This document shows, piece by piece, positions 40,601 through 53,047 of a stretch of 64,000 nt of DNA. A program made the position numbers and the translations under genes. This DNA is from Eledone cirrhosa (lineage: Eukaryota): assembly GCA_964016885.1 (NCBI GenBank), contig OZ024743.1, positions 37,200,001 through 37,264,000 on the forward strand. The letters are read 5' to 3'. How positions within the stretch are numbered: position 1 is the stretch's first letter; the number at the start of each line of letters is the position of its first letter. The notes under the pieces are model-generated. The model had not been told where the DNA came from. It worked only from the letters and a program-made list of their open reading frames with translations, and did no database searches.

Positions 40601-40960
40601 CGAAATGGACATGCCTCAAGGTGCTGAGACGCATGCTCACCGACTTTTCTGGGATGTCTTTTGTTCCTGCCATCACCACATTGTCTTTTAGAGCGGTGCT
40701 GATCACCTCTATTTCTGTGGAGTTTGACAGTATTACAATGTCTTCCGTACATGTTGACGCTGCTTTCCAACGTCTCCAAAAGGATGCACTTCAACAGCTC
40801 TAACTTCTGCAGCAATGGCTTGAGAACCAGTAAATACAGAAGAAGTGGGAGCGAGCATATCAGACAAACTGAGCGCTCAGTTCTGAGGGATGGTCGTTTA
40901 CTTTGAACACCGAGCAGATGCCACTCTGCACTGTTGCAAACCAGCTCCCGAAAATGTGAC
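37690..40960 (-). pseudogene. Degraded, internally deleted Tx1-clade LINE related to the intact element
   Basis: Fragments align with the 48477 ORF2: SINARDLRSSWNQGHLLNDL, FKLVAVYAP..PDFFRRLETFLG, PGYWKLN, AIPDRSIHDNLH, INLDQSK.F.RIDH, MDNFQK, KEVMWWTRLK..ERWV..AR..VNGPSL; ORF1 remnants at 40200-40815. Confidence 0.88.
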
Positions 40961-43900
40961 CGAAATGGACCGTTTTAAGGACAGTTGCTATAGCGAAATA
41001 ATAACGAATTATAGATATATACGACATAGAGAAAACAGTACTACTAGGCACTGAGTGGTACAATAAATGCAATACAAAAACAACTACAACAAAACAGAAC
41101 ACTTCACTTACCCAAGGCACATACAACTGTGCTCGGCAATGCAGTAGCAGTAAGCAAAACAAAAAGAGGAATGATAATAAGAATGATATAAAAAGGCGTT
41201 GTTGGTTGAAACAAACAGAATAATGTAAAAGACTACAAGCTACATTACAGCAGTGACAAAAGAAAGCAAGAAAGAGAAAAGAGGTAAAACAATATGAATG
41301 AATATAAATTACATATTTTAGAGAGGCTTAGGAGATATCGGAACAGAATCTAAATGGATTAGGCGAGTTGAAGACATAAGGAAGAGTTACTGAAGCAAAT
41401 TACCATTCTTGGCAGTAAGAAAAACTTAATGATATCCTGTAAAAGAACATTACGGATGTCAATGTCATGTTATATTTTAGATTGGTACGTGTCACCGAAA
41501 TATTACGTGTTCAATTCAGATTCATTTATTCTTTTATAGTTTTATAGGCGTAAGAACTACGGATTAAATGCCTAGGTATTTGTTCCGGCTCACTGCGCTC
41601 TAAGTTCAAATCCCCACCGAGATCAACTTTGCCTTTCATCATTTCGATGTCGATAAATAAATTACCAGCCCAGAGGCGTTGGATTTGAATTTAGAGCGTA
41701 ATGAACAATAATAAATACCTAAACATTTAATCAGACGGTCCCATGATTCTACTAATTCGTCGTCAGTAAAATGAAAAATAAAGTAGCTGATCGTTAGATC
41801 GGAGCAAGGAACAATGTTTTACTTGGTCTTTCCATAACTGATATTATATACCGGCCGCAACTCTTGGCAGAAGGAGGCAGAGATGGAACACAGAACCGAG
41901 AAGATACTTGCAAAACTATATAGTTGTTTCTACTTTTAGCACAAGGCCAGCAATTATCCAGTGTATTACTGGTACTTTATTTTATCGACCCAGTAAGGAC
42001 GAAAGGAAAAGTTAGCCTCGGCGGGATGTGAACTCAGACCATAAAGAGCCGTAACTCTTTGCTGCAAAGCATGGCGTCCGACCCTCTACCGATACTGCCA
42101 ACCAGTTCAGAAGTGATGAATTGGCGGAATTGTTAAAAACAGGCCAGACGGGATGCTATGTTAACCAAATTGTCTCCAGTACTTAGCTGGTATTTTATTT
42201 TATTGACCTCAGAGTTATGACAAGAAAAGTTGACTTCGGTAGGATTCGCACTCAGAACGTAAAAAAAAACGGAATAAATATCGAAGGTAATCACGGGTAT
42301 TTTATTTTAGCGATTTCGCGATGAAGAAAAGCAAAGTCGACCTTCATTAAAGTAAACGTGATTTGAACTCAGAACGTAAAGGAACATAACAAAACAACAC
42401 AACAAAGCACTTAATCTATCGCTCTACTAACTCGCAGATATACACTACCTTATTTAATAATTGTTTCTACTTTGGCACAAGGCCAGCAATTATCCCAGTG
42501 TATTACTGGTACTTTATTTTATCGACCCCGTAAGGATGAAAGGCAAAGTTAACCTCGGCGGGATTTGAACTCAGAATGGCAGGGCCGTAACTCTATGCGT
42601 CAAAACATGGCGTCCAACCCTCTACTGATACTGCCAATCCACATGTAATAATGGTTTCTTAATTTAGGCACATGGTTAGTAAATTTTTGGGGTTGTAAGG
42701 AGAGGTCGATTATTTCGACTGCAGTACTTGATTGATGGATTGGCAGTAATGGTAGAGGGTCGGATTCCATGCTTTGCAGCATAAAGTTACCGCTCTTTAC
42801 GGTCTGAGTTCAAATCCCTTACGGGGTCGATAAAATAAAGTACCAGTAATGCACTGGGATAATTGCTGGCCTTGTGCCAACAGTAAAAACAATTATAATT
42901 TATCGACCCGAGATGGATGAAAAGCAAAGTTGATCTCGGCGGGATTTGAACCCCAAACGAAAAGAGCCAGAACACATACCAACACTGCCAGTCCATCACC
43001 TTAACCACGCTATATAATAATACTATTAATAATGAAGATAATGATGGGGATGAGGATGGTGAGGATAATAATGTGTATTGTATTAGTTACATTTCTCTCC
43101 CTTTTCTCTCCCTTATAGAAAATCTAGTTATACCGTGTAATTAGCCATCAGTTGTTTAACAGTTACATAACACAACCGAGATAATTAACCCGAAACGAGC
43201 AATTTATTTCTAGAGCATCGACTTTACAATTCTAATATCCTCTTCTTCCTCCTCCTCCTCCTTATCATCTTCGTTGTCATCGTTGTCATCATCATCATCG
43301 TCAGCAATCCTGCTGCTCCTCTTCCTTATCACCATCACCATCATCACCATCATCATCATCATCATCATCATCATCTTTATCGTCATCGTTATCATCATCG
43401 TCACCATCAACATTGTCAGTGTCATCATCATCATCATGATCTTCATCACTATCCTATCATTCTCCATCTCATCATTATCACCACCTTGCTTCCCCCTCTT
43501 TTTTCTTCGCCTTCCTCTTACCTTGCCATCGTTACCACTACATCTACCTATCACTCCCTTCTCGCCACTACCACACCTACCACCACCATCATCATCATCA
43601 TCTCCATCATCACCACCATCATCATCATCATTAGATGATTAAGTCACGTCAAGTATCTAGCGACGTGCGGCCCTCACCCTATCTCTAGCTTAAAGGTCCA
43701 GTTAGTGTACTTAAACCGTGGAAGTTTTGTTAGGATAATAAAAGCTGAGGCATTTCTTTGCTCATAAACTATATAAGTGTATTCCATTGTTAATGGGGTC
43801 ACTCTTGGCTAATTGTATAATTAACTTTTTTTAAATGGTTAATTATTGCTATTATAAACGTGTCCCTTATTAAGCATACCTTTGAATTGTATTCGTTTAA

Positions 43901-44329
43901 TGATGATACAAAACATATAACGGATGATCATCATTGCTAATGGTTAATATTATGGTGGATTGGCAGTATCGGTAGAGGGTCGGACGCAATGCTTTCCGGC
44001 ATAGTTACGTCCCTTTACGATCTGAGTTCAAATCCCGCCGAGGTAGACTTTGCCTTTCATCCTTACGGAGTCGATAAAATAAAGTACCAGTAATTCACTG
44101 GGTAATTTCTGGCCTTGTGCCTAAAGTAGAAACAATTATGTTATATAGAGAGAATCTGTGAAGGCACGTGGCTTAGTGGTTAAGGTGTTCGGCTCACTAT
44201 CAAAAGACCATGAGGCTGAAAAGTCAATAGGTTGCAAAGTTTATAGAATGACCAAGATACTCTCATGTAACGACCAAATGAGGTTTATTTTTCAACGTAG
44301 TCCCTGGAAAGAAACAATGCAGTTATCAA

Positions 44330-44564
44330 CCCATTAGCATTTAAACAGGCCGTATCCGGCCAGAATTCTCTCACCTCTTTCTGTTCAAACCAGTTGTAAC
44401 CCGCCACTCATACTGATGTGAAGGTATTGATTTTTAAATAAATAACAACAAAATCTCACAGATTCTATATTATGTGAGATAATTATGTGAGGTAAAGCCT
44501 TTACCACGAAAATACAAGAGTAATTTAAATGCTAAGATATAAGAGTAATTTAAATATCCAAGGG
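44330..44564 (-). mobile_element. piggyBac-type MITE, decayed inverted copy of 55493-55710
   Basis: cccattagcatttaaa...agggttaa; the interior is the reverse complement of the 55493 element. Confidence 0.75.
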
Positions 44565-45030
44565 TTAATAAGAACAGTTGAAATAATGCATGCACGATTT
44601 CACAGCTCTAATATCAATCCTTCATAGTCAGCCTATACACATTCCTGCCATATTTGTCGAAATCGACGGAAAGGTGATTGACTTCTACAGTCATTAAAGA
44701 GCATCAGATAGAATACAATATTTGTTCCGGATGTCTGCGTTCAAATCTCACCGCGGTTTACTTTGCTTTTAATCTATTCAGGATCATTAAAGAAAATACT
44801 AGCCTAATGTTGGTGCAGTACTCTCTTGGTTAGTTTAATGGTTGTTTAGTTGGTGATTATCAAAGTTCTTCGTCACATATTCAGTGGCTACGTTTGTTGC
44901 TACTTTGTATCTCTCCATTGTTCTGTTTTACATCATCTTATCTTTGTGAACATACATACAGATAAAAGCTATAGAGTGAAAAGGAAAGAGAAATACAGAG
45001 TGAGAGTGAGAGAGTGAGTGAGAGAGAGAG

Positions 45031-45104
<74 letters not shown>

Positions 45105-45257
45105 AAAGAAGGAGAGTAAGGTCTATAAATCCACAACTCTTTGGCCCAACAAACGTTATTGTGAAAAGACCCTGTCGCCTGCGCACCAAAAGAAATAATT
45201 TAATTGTTTTAAAGAGTATCAGAAATAGAGTTCAGTTCGGGAAGTCCGTGGAAAAAT

Positions 45258-45893
45258 TCTACTACATCATCATTATGGACTCTTCCTATTCCCCTCTACA
45301 TCATCATTATGGACTCTTCCTATTCCCCTCTACATCATCATTATGGATTATTCCTATTTCCCCTCTACATCATCATGATGGACTATTGCTATTTCCCCTC
45401 TACATCATCATTATGGACTATTGCTATTTCCCCTCTACATCATCATTATGGACTCTTCCTATTTCCCCACTACATCATCATTATGGACTCTTCCTATTTC
45501 TACATCATCATTATGGACTCGTCCTATTTCACCTCTACATCATCATTATGGACTCTTCCTACTTCCCCTCTACATCCTCATTATGGACTCTTCCTATTCC
45601 CCTCTACTACATCATTATGGACTCTTCCTATTTCCCCTCTACTACATCATTATGGACTCTTCCTATTTCCCCTCTACATCCTCATTATGGACTCTTCCTA
45701 TTCCCCTCTACATCCTCATTATGGACTTTTCCTATTCCCCTCTACTACATCATTATGGACTCTTCCTATTTCCCCTCTACATCATCATTATGGACTCTTC
45801 CTATTCCCCTCTACATCCTCATTATGGACTCTTCCTATTCCCCTCTACATCCTCATTATGGACTTTTCCTATTCCCCTCTACTACATCATTAA
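45258..45893. repeat. 34-35-bp minisatellite (ctacatcatcattatggactcttcctattcccct), ~18 copies
   Basis: Direct reading; produces spurious ORFs in all three plus frames. Confidence 0.95.
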
Positions 45894-46205
45894 TATAGAC
45901 GTCTTCAACCTTTTCTTCGTCACTAAACACACTTCCCACTTTCATCTGCTACATAACCAATATAGCCAACTCCCTTCCATCTACTACAGCACTAATATAA
46001 ACATCTGCCTCTCTCAACCGTACCATCAATACCGCTCCCCCTTACCACTACATCATCAATATATCTACTTCCCCCACTGTCTCCTATATCACAGGTACAG
46101 CTTTTTCTTTCAAAACAATCAACACAACCTCTTCCCCTCTTCCATGTCTTCCTTCTAGATCATCTGTACAGACTTCCCCCACATACTCTCACTCTACTAT
46201 ATCAC

Positions 46206-46309
<104 letters not shown>

Positions 46310-46544
46310 ATAATCTAGCTGTCGTCTGTTCTACAGTGTGGATGTAATTCACTTCGCGCAGAAGTTTTGTTCAAATTTATTGCGGAAATTTTGTGAGTTC
46401 AAATTTAATTTTGATACGATTGTGTAGCTTGACCCACCGTCTGAACTGTCAGGCGGTGGGTCAGCTCATCTTTACCCCTCCTAGAGGTGAAAAACCTGTT
46501 TTAAAAAATTTTGTGGCAAAAAAAATTTCAATCGTCTAACAGAA

Positions 46545-48443
46545 ATGTTAAACGCAGCGAACGAAAATAGTGGTGGGGGGACAGCGGTAAGAGTTGTAAG
46601 CTCGCACGCTTTAGTCCCCCCTTCCTTCCCAACTAACGTCATAGAGAAGGAAGGAAAAATTAAAATAAAAACAGACGAATCTGCGGAGAAAAAAAATGAC
46701 GAAAACATAAATCTGGACATGGATTCCAACAACGAAAAAAAAAAATTTGAAAAATTGCATGACAATACTAATAACACAAACAAAGACACAACAAACACAA
46801 AAATAACATTTGAAAATAACACCATAACAGAAAGCAAAGCAGACGACAAGATTTCATTTGCACAGAAAACAAAGAAATCTTTGACTTATATACCGGAAAA
46901 TATTTCAGATGTGGCACGAAGGATCACAGACGCCAAACAATACATAAGTGAAGGAGAGAATGGTATTTTATCGGTAAAAATGCCTCAAGAATTCACCAAA
47001 GACATTGAAAGCCGAACGGTCAAGTTCCGCACCATCAACAACACTACAAAAAAACCTGAACAGCCTTCTCAAGCAGATATCAAAACAGTACTCACAGAAG
47101 TACTTAATGAAACCACTTTCATAAGAAAAGACAGACTGTATGGAAGCCTAGCAATTATCATGAAGAACGAATCGGCGGCAAAAAAATGTGCTTTGTCACC
47201 GATTCGTTCGAAAAATTTTACCTTTTATCCATCTTATATGGGTAAAAGAACTCAACGCATATGGCTGGATGCAATGATGCCAGATGTGGACTACTGCTGG
47301 CTCATAGCTGGCTTCATCGATCCAGTGAATGACAACGTGATTTCCATTGGGAAAACCACAGGCAATGCGTTCAGTGGAACAGGTATAGAGCTGGTAGTGC
47401 AAATGAAGCCTGAACGCATCGCCCAAATACCCGACAGAATCCTATTAGAGGACCACGGGTATATAAACATTAGCGTGGAGGGGAGAAGGCCGTCCTGCCA
47501 TATCTGTGCAGGCAGAGGGCACCTGAAGGCCGCTTGTCCCCAACTCAACAAAAAGAAAACCCTGCTACCAACACCAGCTCCACCACCACCACCACAACAG
47601 ATAAACAAACAACAAAACTCAGTCCCACCCAACCCGTCCCTCAGTAAAACCACACCACCACCACAACACAAACAGTCACAACACATTACCCCAAAACAAA
47701 ATACAGGCCCACCCAACCTCTCACTCAATAAAACAACACAACCACCGCAGACACAACACACAACACAGTCTAACATAGTGACATCCATCTCCCCCACAAA
47801 GAAAACCAACACGGAAACATTACCAGCAAACATACTTCTTCCCTCCAACACTGAAGATAACCCAACGAATTCGGAGGAAGAAACGGAGTCCTTCAGACAG
47901 ATTAAAAGGAAAAAAAGAAAACATGTGCAAAACACACAAGGCCAAACAACCCCCACCCAAATCTCAACACAATCCAACAAAACAGAAAACACCCCTCCAG
48001 CAACAAACAAAACCAAACCTGCCCCTCCCCTCTTCGAAACACTCACACCATCCGAAAAAAAGACATTACACTATACTTACATCAACAGAAACAATAATAA
48101 ATTAAATGAACTCATAAACAATAATCCTTCGGTACAAACCGAAGGTGTAAACTTTGTTTCTTCAGAAAACTACCCACATTTAAAATTAATAAAGATCCCA
48201 ATGAACCTCTACCAAAAACTAAAAAAGGATTTTAAGGAGGACGTAGGACCACCCTCTGTCAAACCCATAAACCGCGTCCTACTAAAAAACTTTCCCCCTC
48301 CCCTTCCCCTCCCCAACACAACTCCAAACACCCCAACCCTACCACACACTGACGACCCCACACCACCACAAGACACCCCTTCACCCAACACCCCCGACCC
48401 CATGGAAGTCGTGCAACCCGAACCCCGGGAAGCGGAAAGGTAG
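46545..48443 (+). CDS. LINE ORF1, Gag-like nucleic-acid-binding protein with a CCHC zinc knuckle (632 aa)
   Basis: Open ORF with CHICAGRGHLKAAC (CX2CX4HX4C), Pro/Thr/Gln-rich tail and basic KRKKRK; directly upstream of ORF2. Confidence 0.9.
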   Translation: MLNAANENSGGGTAVRVVSSHALVPPSFPTNVIEKEGKIKIKTDESAEKKNDENINLDMDSNNEKKKFEKLHDNTNNTNKDTTNTKITFENNTITESKADDKISFAQKTKKSLTYIPENISDVARRITDAKQYISEGENGILSVKMPQEFTKDIESRTVKFRTINNTTKKPEQPSQADIKTVLTEVLNETTFIRKDRLYGSLAIIMKNESAAKKCALSPIRSKNFTFYPSYMGKRTQRIWLDAMMPDVDYCWLIAGFIDPVNDNVISIGKTTGNAFSGTGIELVVQMKPERIAQIPDRILLEDHGYINISVEGRRPSCHICAGRGHLKAACPQLNKKKTLLPTPAPPPPPQQINKQQNSVPPNPSLSKTTPPPQHKQSQHITPKQNTGPPNLSLNKTTQPPQTQHTTQSNIVTSISPTKKTNTETLPANILLPSNTEDNPTNSEEETESFRQIKRKKRKHVQNTQGQTTPTQISTQSNKTENTPPATNKTKPAPPLFETLTPSEKKTLHYTYINRNNNKLNELINNNPSVQTEGVNFVSSENYPHLKLIKIPMNLYQKLKKDFKEDVGPPSVKPINRVLLKNFPPPLPLPNTTPNTPTLPHTDDPTPPQDTPSPNTPDPMEVVQPEPREAER

Positions 48444-48476
48444 GTCTCTACACTCTCCTTTGGCTCTGCCGCCCAC

Positions 48477-51400
48477 ATGGATGTGTTAAGAGTAGGATGT
48501 TTGAATGCACGTGGCCTGGGCTCAACTTGGAAGCAAGCAAAGCTTCTAAATGACCTCAGGTCATGTAGTATAAATGTAATGGTTATCTGTGAGACTCGAA
48601 TCAGCGTCGTGCGGCAGCTGGCCCCCACCTTCGATGACTTTGAGGTGCATGCATCTCTCTGTCAACCTGGAGGTGGGGGTGGGGTTGTCGTACTGCTGCA
48701 AAAACACCTGGGTCTTGCCGTACAGGTTGTGCACTCGGACCCGGAGGGTCGTTTGTTGGTGCTAGACGTTGGCAGTAGTGAAAGTGCGGCCTTGAGACTG
48801 GTCGCCGTCTACTCCCCTTTCGGAGCTGAACGGCCCGACTTCTTCCAGCGTTTGGAGACTTTTCTGGGAACGTCGCGTTCCCTGCTTCTAGCGGGGGATT
48901 GGAATGACATCCTAGATGCACGTTGGGACTATGCAGGAGCATGTCCTAATATAGGGGGGTGTAACAGCCTCAAGGGGTTACTCGACCGTTTTAACTTGGT
49001 CGATAGATATCGACTAGATTTTCCAACTGTGCCTACCTGGACTTGGAGAAACCACAGTGGTCAATCTAGATCGTACTTAGATAGATTCTTAGTTAGAAGT
49101 AAGGATAGGGACATATTAAGCTGTCCAGAAATGCGCACGGTTGGCTACACGGATCACAAATTAGTGACCTGCGTAGTCAATCTCGAGAAAACACATAAAC
49201 AGGGTCCCGGTTACTGGAAACTTAATTTGTCTTTATCGGCAAAAGAGACTTACAGAAACCGGATTAGCAGATTAGTTAAGGAGAGGTTGACGGGTGCAAT
49301 AGTCAACAACCGATGGTGGGCATCTCTCAAAAGAGAGATTAGAACAGAATCAATAAGTTATAGCAAGATGTTAGCTGCCGATAGGAATAGAAACGAGAAA
49401 GAATTAACAGGTAAATTAGAAGAGGCAATCAAGAGCGAAGATGTGGCCAGAGTGCTGGCATCGAGGATGGCCTTGAACCAGTTTTTCGATGCAAAGCACG
49501 AAGGCTGCGTCATTCGAAGTAAAATACGTGCTCTAGGTAATGAGGGGGCCAAAGCCGTAGGCTGGGTCCGCGTGACAGAAGATAAGAGTGGAAATCGATC
49601 CACCATCCGGTCGTTGCAAGGCGAAGATGGACGGGTGATCCGGGAGCCTAAGCAGATGTGCAAGGCCTTTCAAAGGCACTTTGCCCGATTGTTCGGGGGA
49701 GGCGAGGGTCCGGGCGGGGGCGTGGATTTCGGTCCATACCTCGACGGCCTGCCGCGTCTCTCGAGCGAAGAGGCAGAGTCCTGCGAGGGACCAATCTCGG
49801 CTGATGATATCGGAGATGCGCTGAGCCAATGCAGCAGACGCAAATCTCCAGGACTCGATGGTATACCTTACGAACTTTATTTAGCAATGCCGGTCTTCTT
49901 CTCCGAACTCCTCGAAGCGGTCTACTGCAATTGGCAGCAGAACGGGAGAATTCCTTGTTCTGTAGCCAAGGGCGTAGTCACGCTGGTGAGGAAGCACGAG
50001 AACAAGGGAGATAATATAAATAATTTTCGGCCCATAACCCTGCTAAACACAGAGTTAAAGATTTTGGCCAAGGTGTTAGCAAAGAGGTTGGCGCTTGTCG
50101 TGGGTGGCCTGGTGGGAGATGCGCAGACATGTGCTATCCCATCCAGGTCCATTCACGATAACCTCCACCTCATGCGATACATCATAGAGAGGGTTGGCAA
50201 CAAACCCGGCTTCGGTGGGGCCCTGATCAACTTGGATCAGTCTAAGGCCTTCGATAGGGTCGACCATGGTTACCTGGATGCGGTGCTAGCGGCGGCTGGG
50301 TTCGGTCCTGTTTTCAGAAGCTGGGTCACTGCCTTACATGGCAACCACATCTGTTCTAGGATCAAGGTGAACGGCTACCTTTCGAAGCCGTTCGAAATCA
50401 CACGATCCATTCGACAGGGGTGCCCTCTCTCCTCCCTTCTGTACGTATTGACTCTCGAGCCTTTACTGAGGAAGTTGGAGTTGTTGCAGGGTATCCCCCT
50501 GGAACCAGGATTGAGCAAAGCGGTGTCGGCCTACGCAGATGACGTAACAGTAATGGTATCGACCGACTCGGAGATCGAGGCGATCGGTACCTTACTGGAG
50601 GATTACGAAAGGTTGTCAGGAGCGAAACTGAACCGGGAAAAATCCATCGGGCTGCAACTCGGAACGTGGAGAGGCAGACCGATGCCTCCTGACGGTGTCG
50701 TCGGACACTGGACCGAGGGCCCGGTAAAGTTGCTTGGGGTCTGGTTTGGACCGGATCTCCAGGTGGAAAAGAACTGGAACGAGGTTACGAACAAGGTGTT
50801 TGCACTAACCCAGAAATGGGCCAAGTGTAAGCTGTCCCTAAAAGGCCGGGCGGAGGTGGCGAACATTTACATAGCGTCCGTCACTTACTACCGCCTGACT
50901 GTCGTGCCTTGCCCTAAGGAAACACTCACCACCATGGAACGCATGCTCTTCCAATTTCTTTGGAAGAAGCGCCCTCTTATGGTGAGAAGATCCATCTGCT
51001 GCCAACAACCTTCGAAAGGAGGGCTGGGGATGCCGTGGTTGATGATGCGTAGGCACGCATTAAGGCTACGGCACCTACAGGTATTCATCACTGGTCAACC
51101 GGTGTGGGCTCCGTTCGTGAAACGAGCCTTTCCGAGACTCGTCTCGCTCACCGAGCTACAGTCCTGGGTCAAGCAAAGATCCGGAAAACTGGGAGACTGG
51201 CACACTGAGTGTGCTCAGGCGCTCAGGGCTCTCTGGCAAGCAGGCCAGGCCATCGGTGGAGAATCCACCTCATCATTCTATAGAGGGCTGGTGGCTAGCA
51301 GGGGCGATGACACCCTTGGAGAGTCGCTGGACATGGAAGAAGACGAACTGGCCAGCCTGTTCGGTAAGACTTTGGGCCCAGGACCAATGGACAACTTCCA

Positions 51401-51914
51401 GAAGTCACTGGCCTGGCAGTGCTACCGGGGGGCTCTACCCGTTCGAGAGAGGCTTTACAGACACGGGCGCCCGGGCAGGGATCCCTCAAAAAAGATTTGC
51501 CCTAGATGCGTGCGTCACGAAGAAACCGTGGCGCATGCATTGGTGCAATGTCCGGGCGTGGCTGATCTGTGGGGCTACGCCGAACGACTGCTGTCGCGGG
51601 TGGCGCCGATTCAATTGACCGCCGAGTCCGTGATGACAATCAAACCGCCTCCCTTCTTCACAAAGGAAGCAAAGGCGGTTTTTCTGTGCGTAATAGCCAT
51701 ATTGAAAGAGGTTGTTTGGTGGACACGATTGAAAGGTCTGAGGTCAGGCAACTTCCTCTCTGGCCATAGTCTGGTCTACTTCTTCCGATATCACTTCGGA
51801 AGAAGGATAAGAATGGAGAGAGAGGTGCTTGGACACAGGCAGTTTTATGAAAGGTGGGTGATAGTGGCGAGAATGGCTCGTGTAAATGGGCCTTCTCTGT
51901 ATACCATCCTGTAG
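48477..51914 (+). CDS. LINE ORF2: APE endonuclease + reverse transcriptase + C-terminal Zn finger (1145 aa)
   Basis: LNARGL, ICET, GDWN, SYLDRF, TDH; KSPGLDGIPYE, FRPITLLN, LDQSKAFDRVDH, RQGCPLS, YADD, LLGV, GGLG; CPRC..ETVAHALVQC. No stops. Confidence 0.97.
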   Translation: MDVLRVGCLNARGLGSTWKQAKLLNDLRSCSINVMVICETRISVVRQLAPTFDDFEVHASLCQPGGGGGVVVLLQKHLGLAVQVVHSDPEGRLLVLDVGSSESAALRLVAVYSPFGAERPDFFQRLETFLGTSRSLLLAGDWNDILDARWDYAGACPNIGGCNSLKGLLDRFNLVDRYRLDFPTVPTWTWRNHSGQSRSYLDRFLVRSKDRDILSCPEMRTVGYTDHKLVTCVVNLEKTHKQGPGYWKLNLSLSAKETYRNRISRLVKERLTGAIVNNRWWASLKREIRTESISYSKMLAADRNRNEKELTGKLEEAIKSEDVARVLASRMALNQFFDAKHEGCVIRSKIRALGNEGAKAVGWVRVTEDKSGNRSTIRSLQGEDGRVIREPKQMCKAFQRHFARLFGGGEGPGGGVDFGPYLDGLPRLSSEEAESCEGPISADDIGDALSQCSRRKSPGLDGIPYELYLAMPVFFSELLEAVYCNWQQNGRIPCSVAKGVVTLVRKHENKGDNINNFRPITLLNTELKILAKVLAKRLALVVGGLVGDAQTCAIPSRSIHDNLHLMRYIIERVGNKPGFGGALINLDQSKAFDRVDHGYLDAVLAAAGFGPVFRSWVTALHGNHICSRIKVNGYLSKPFEITRSIRQGCPLSSLLYVLTLEPLLRKLELLQGIPLEPGLSKAVSAYADDVTVMVSTDSEIEAIGTLLEDYERLSGAKLNREKSIGLQLGTWRGRPMPPDGVVGHWTEGPVKLLGVWFGPDLQVEKNWNEVTNKVFALTQKWAKCKLSLKGRAEVANIYIASVTYYRLTVVPCPKETLTTMERMLFQFLWKKRPLMVRRSICCQQPSKGGLGMPWLMMRRHALRLRHLQVFITGQPVWAPFVKRAFPRLVSLTELQSWVKQRSGKLGDWHTECAQALRALWQAGQAIGGESTSSFYRGLVASRGDDTLGESLDMEEDELASLFGKTLGPGPMDNFQKSLAWQCYRGALPVRERLYRHGRPGRDPSKKICPRCVRHEETVAHALVQCPGVADLWGYAERLLSRVAPIQLTAESVMTIKPPPFFTKEAKAVFLCVIAILKEVVWWTRLKGLRSGNFLSGHSLVYFFRYHFGRRIRMEREVLGHRQFYERWVIVARMARVNGPSLYTIL

Positions 51915-52154
51915 GTAAAGAAATAAAGGAGAGGGGAGCACCTTCTCCATGTGCTCCCCGGGCAAAGGATTGCACACTTTTTCGGGGGTGTGTGCAACCC
52001 CCATCACGTCCCCTCCCTTTTAAGGTTATTTTCGATTATTTTCATGTTACACCCTTTTTACTCGATTGTATGTAAACTCCCCCTTTGTATTTGTCTCTTC
52101 TTTTTATGCCTTTATGGTAAATAAAGAAATCTATCTGTCTATCTATCTATCTAT

Positions 52155-52655
52155 TTAATTTTCAAATACCACTTTGGAAGAAGAATCAGGATGGAGAGAG
52201 AGGTGCTGTACCCCAGCAAGTTTTATGAAAGGTGGGTGAAAGTGGCGAGAATGGCCCGAGTGAATGGGCTTTCTCTCTATATCAGCCTGTAGATTGAGGA
52301 AAAGGAGGAGGAGAGGAAAGGAGTACAAGCTCTTCGTACTCCTGGAGATGAGGGTTGCACATTTTTTTCGGGGGTATGTGTTACCCATATAAACTGTCTC
52401 CCTCTATTGGGGAAAATCGACTAACTTTTAAATTCCATCTGTGATAACATTTTACACGTTTTTATTGTATGTAAACTTCCCCCTTTGTATTTGTCCCCTT
52501 CTTTTGTGCCCCTGTGGCTAATAAAGAAATATATCTATCTATTTAATTATTTAAATTGCATTTGTGATAACATTTTACACGTTTTTATTGTATGTAAATT
52601 CCCCCTTTGTATTTGTCCCCTTCTTTTGTGCCCCTGTGGCTAATAAAGAAACATA
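52155..52655 (+). mobile_element. Two further 5'-truncated Tx1-family 3' fragments stacked behind the intact copy
   Basis: 52155-52510 repeats the ORF2 end and a variant 3' UTR; 52522-52655 repeats the last ~130 bp. Each ends with aataaagaaa followed by atctatc repeats. Confidence 0.88.
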
Positions 52656-53010
52656 TCTATCTATATATCTATTTCTCCCCCCCCTCTCTCTCTCTCTATA
52701 TATATATATATAATATATATATAAATATATATCTGAGAGGCTACAAGTATATTTATTTACACGTATATAAGTCAATAGACGCAGACACGCAGACACGCAG
52801 ACACGCATCCCCCTGTGTTGTTTACTTGTCTCACTCGCTTTACGCGTTTCTATTGTCCTAATAACTTATTTTAGTTATTATCGCTCCAACGTGAGGTATA
52901 TGATTTTTAATGCGATGAAATACCCATGATCGTTTGGTAAATCACTGATGAGGGACTCATTTTATATCATGTTATCCATGTGCAACCAGCAGTATTCTTC
53001 TCACCCATAT

Positions 53011-53040
<30 letters not shown>

Positions 53041-53047
<7 letters not shown>

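Larger units (their letters stand above)
46311..52129 (+). mobile_element. Full-length, apparently intact L1/Tx1-clade LINE inserted in (TATC)n
   Basis: (TATC)n at 46206-46308; 5' UTR; two uninterrupted ORFs 33 nt apart; 3' UTR with AATAAA at ~52120, followed directly by ctatctgtctatctatc. Confidence 0.95.

Noticed and set aside
45014-46158. Three overlapping 194-294 aa ORFs
   Set aside because: They are translations of (GA)n and a 34-35-bp minisatellite cycling through frames.
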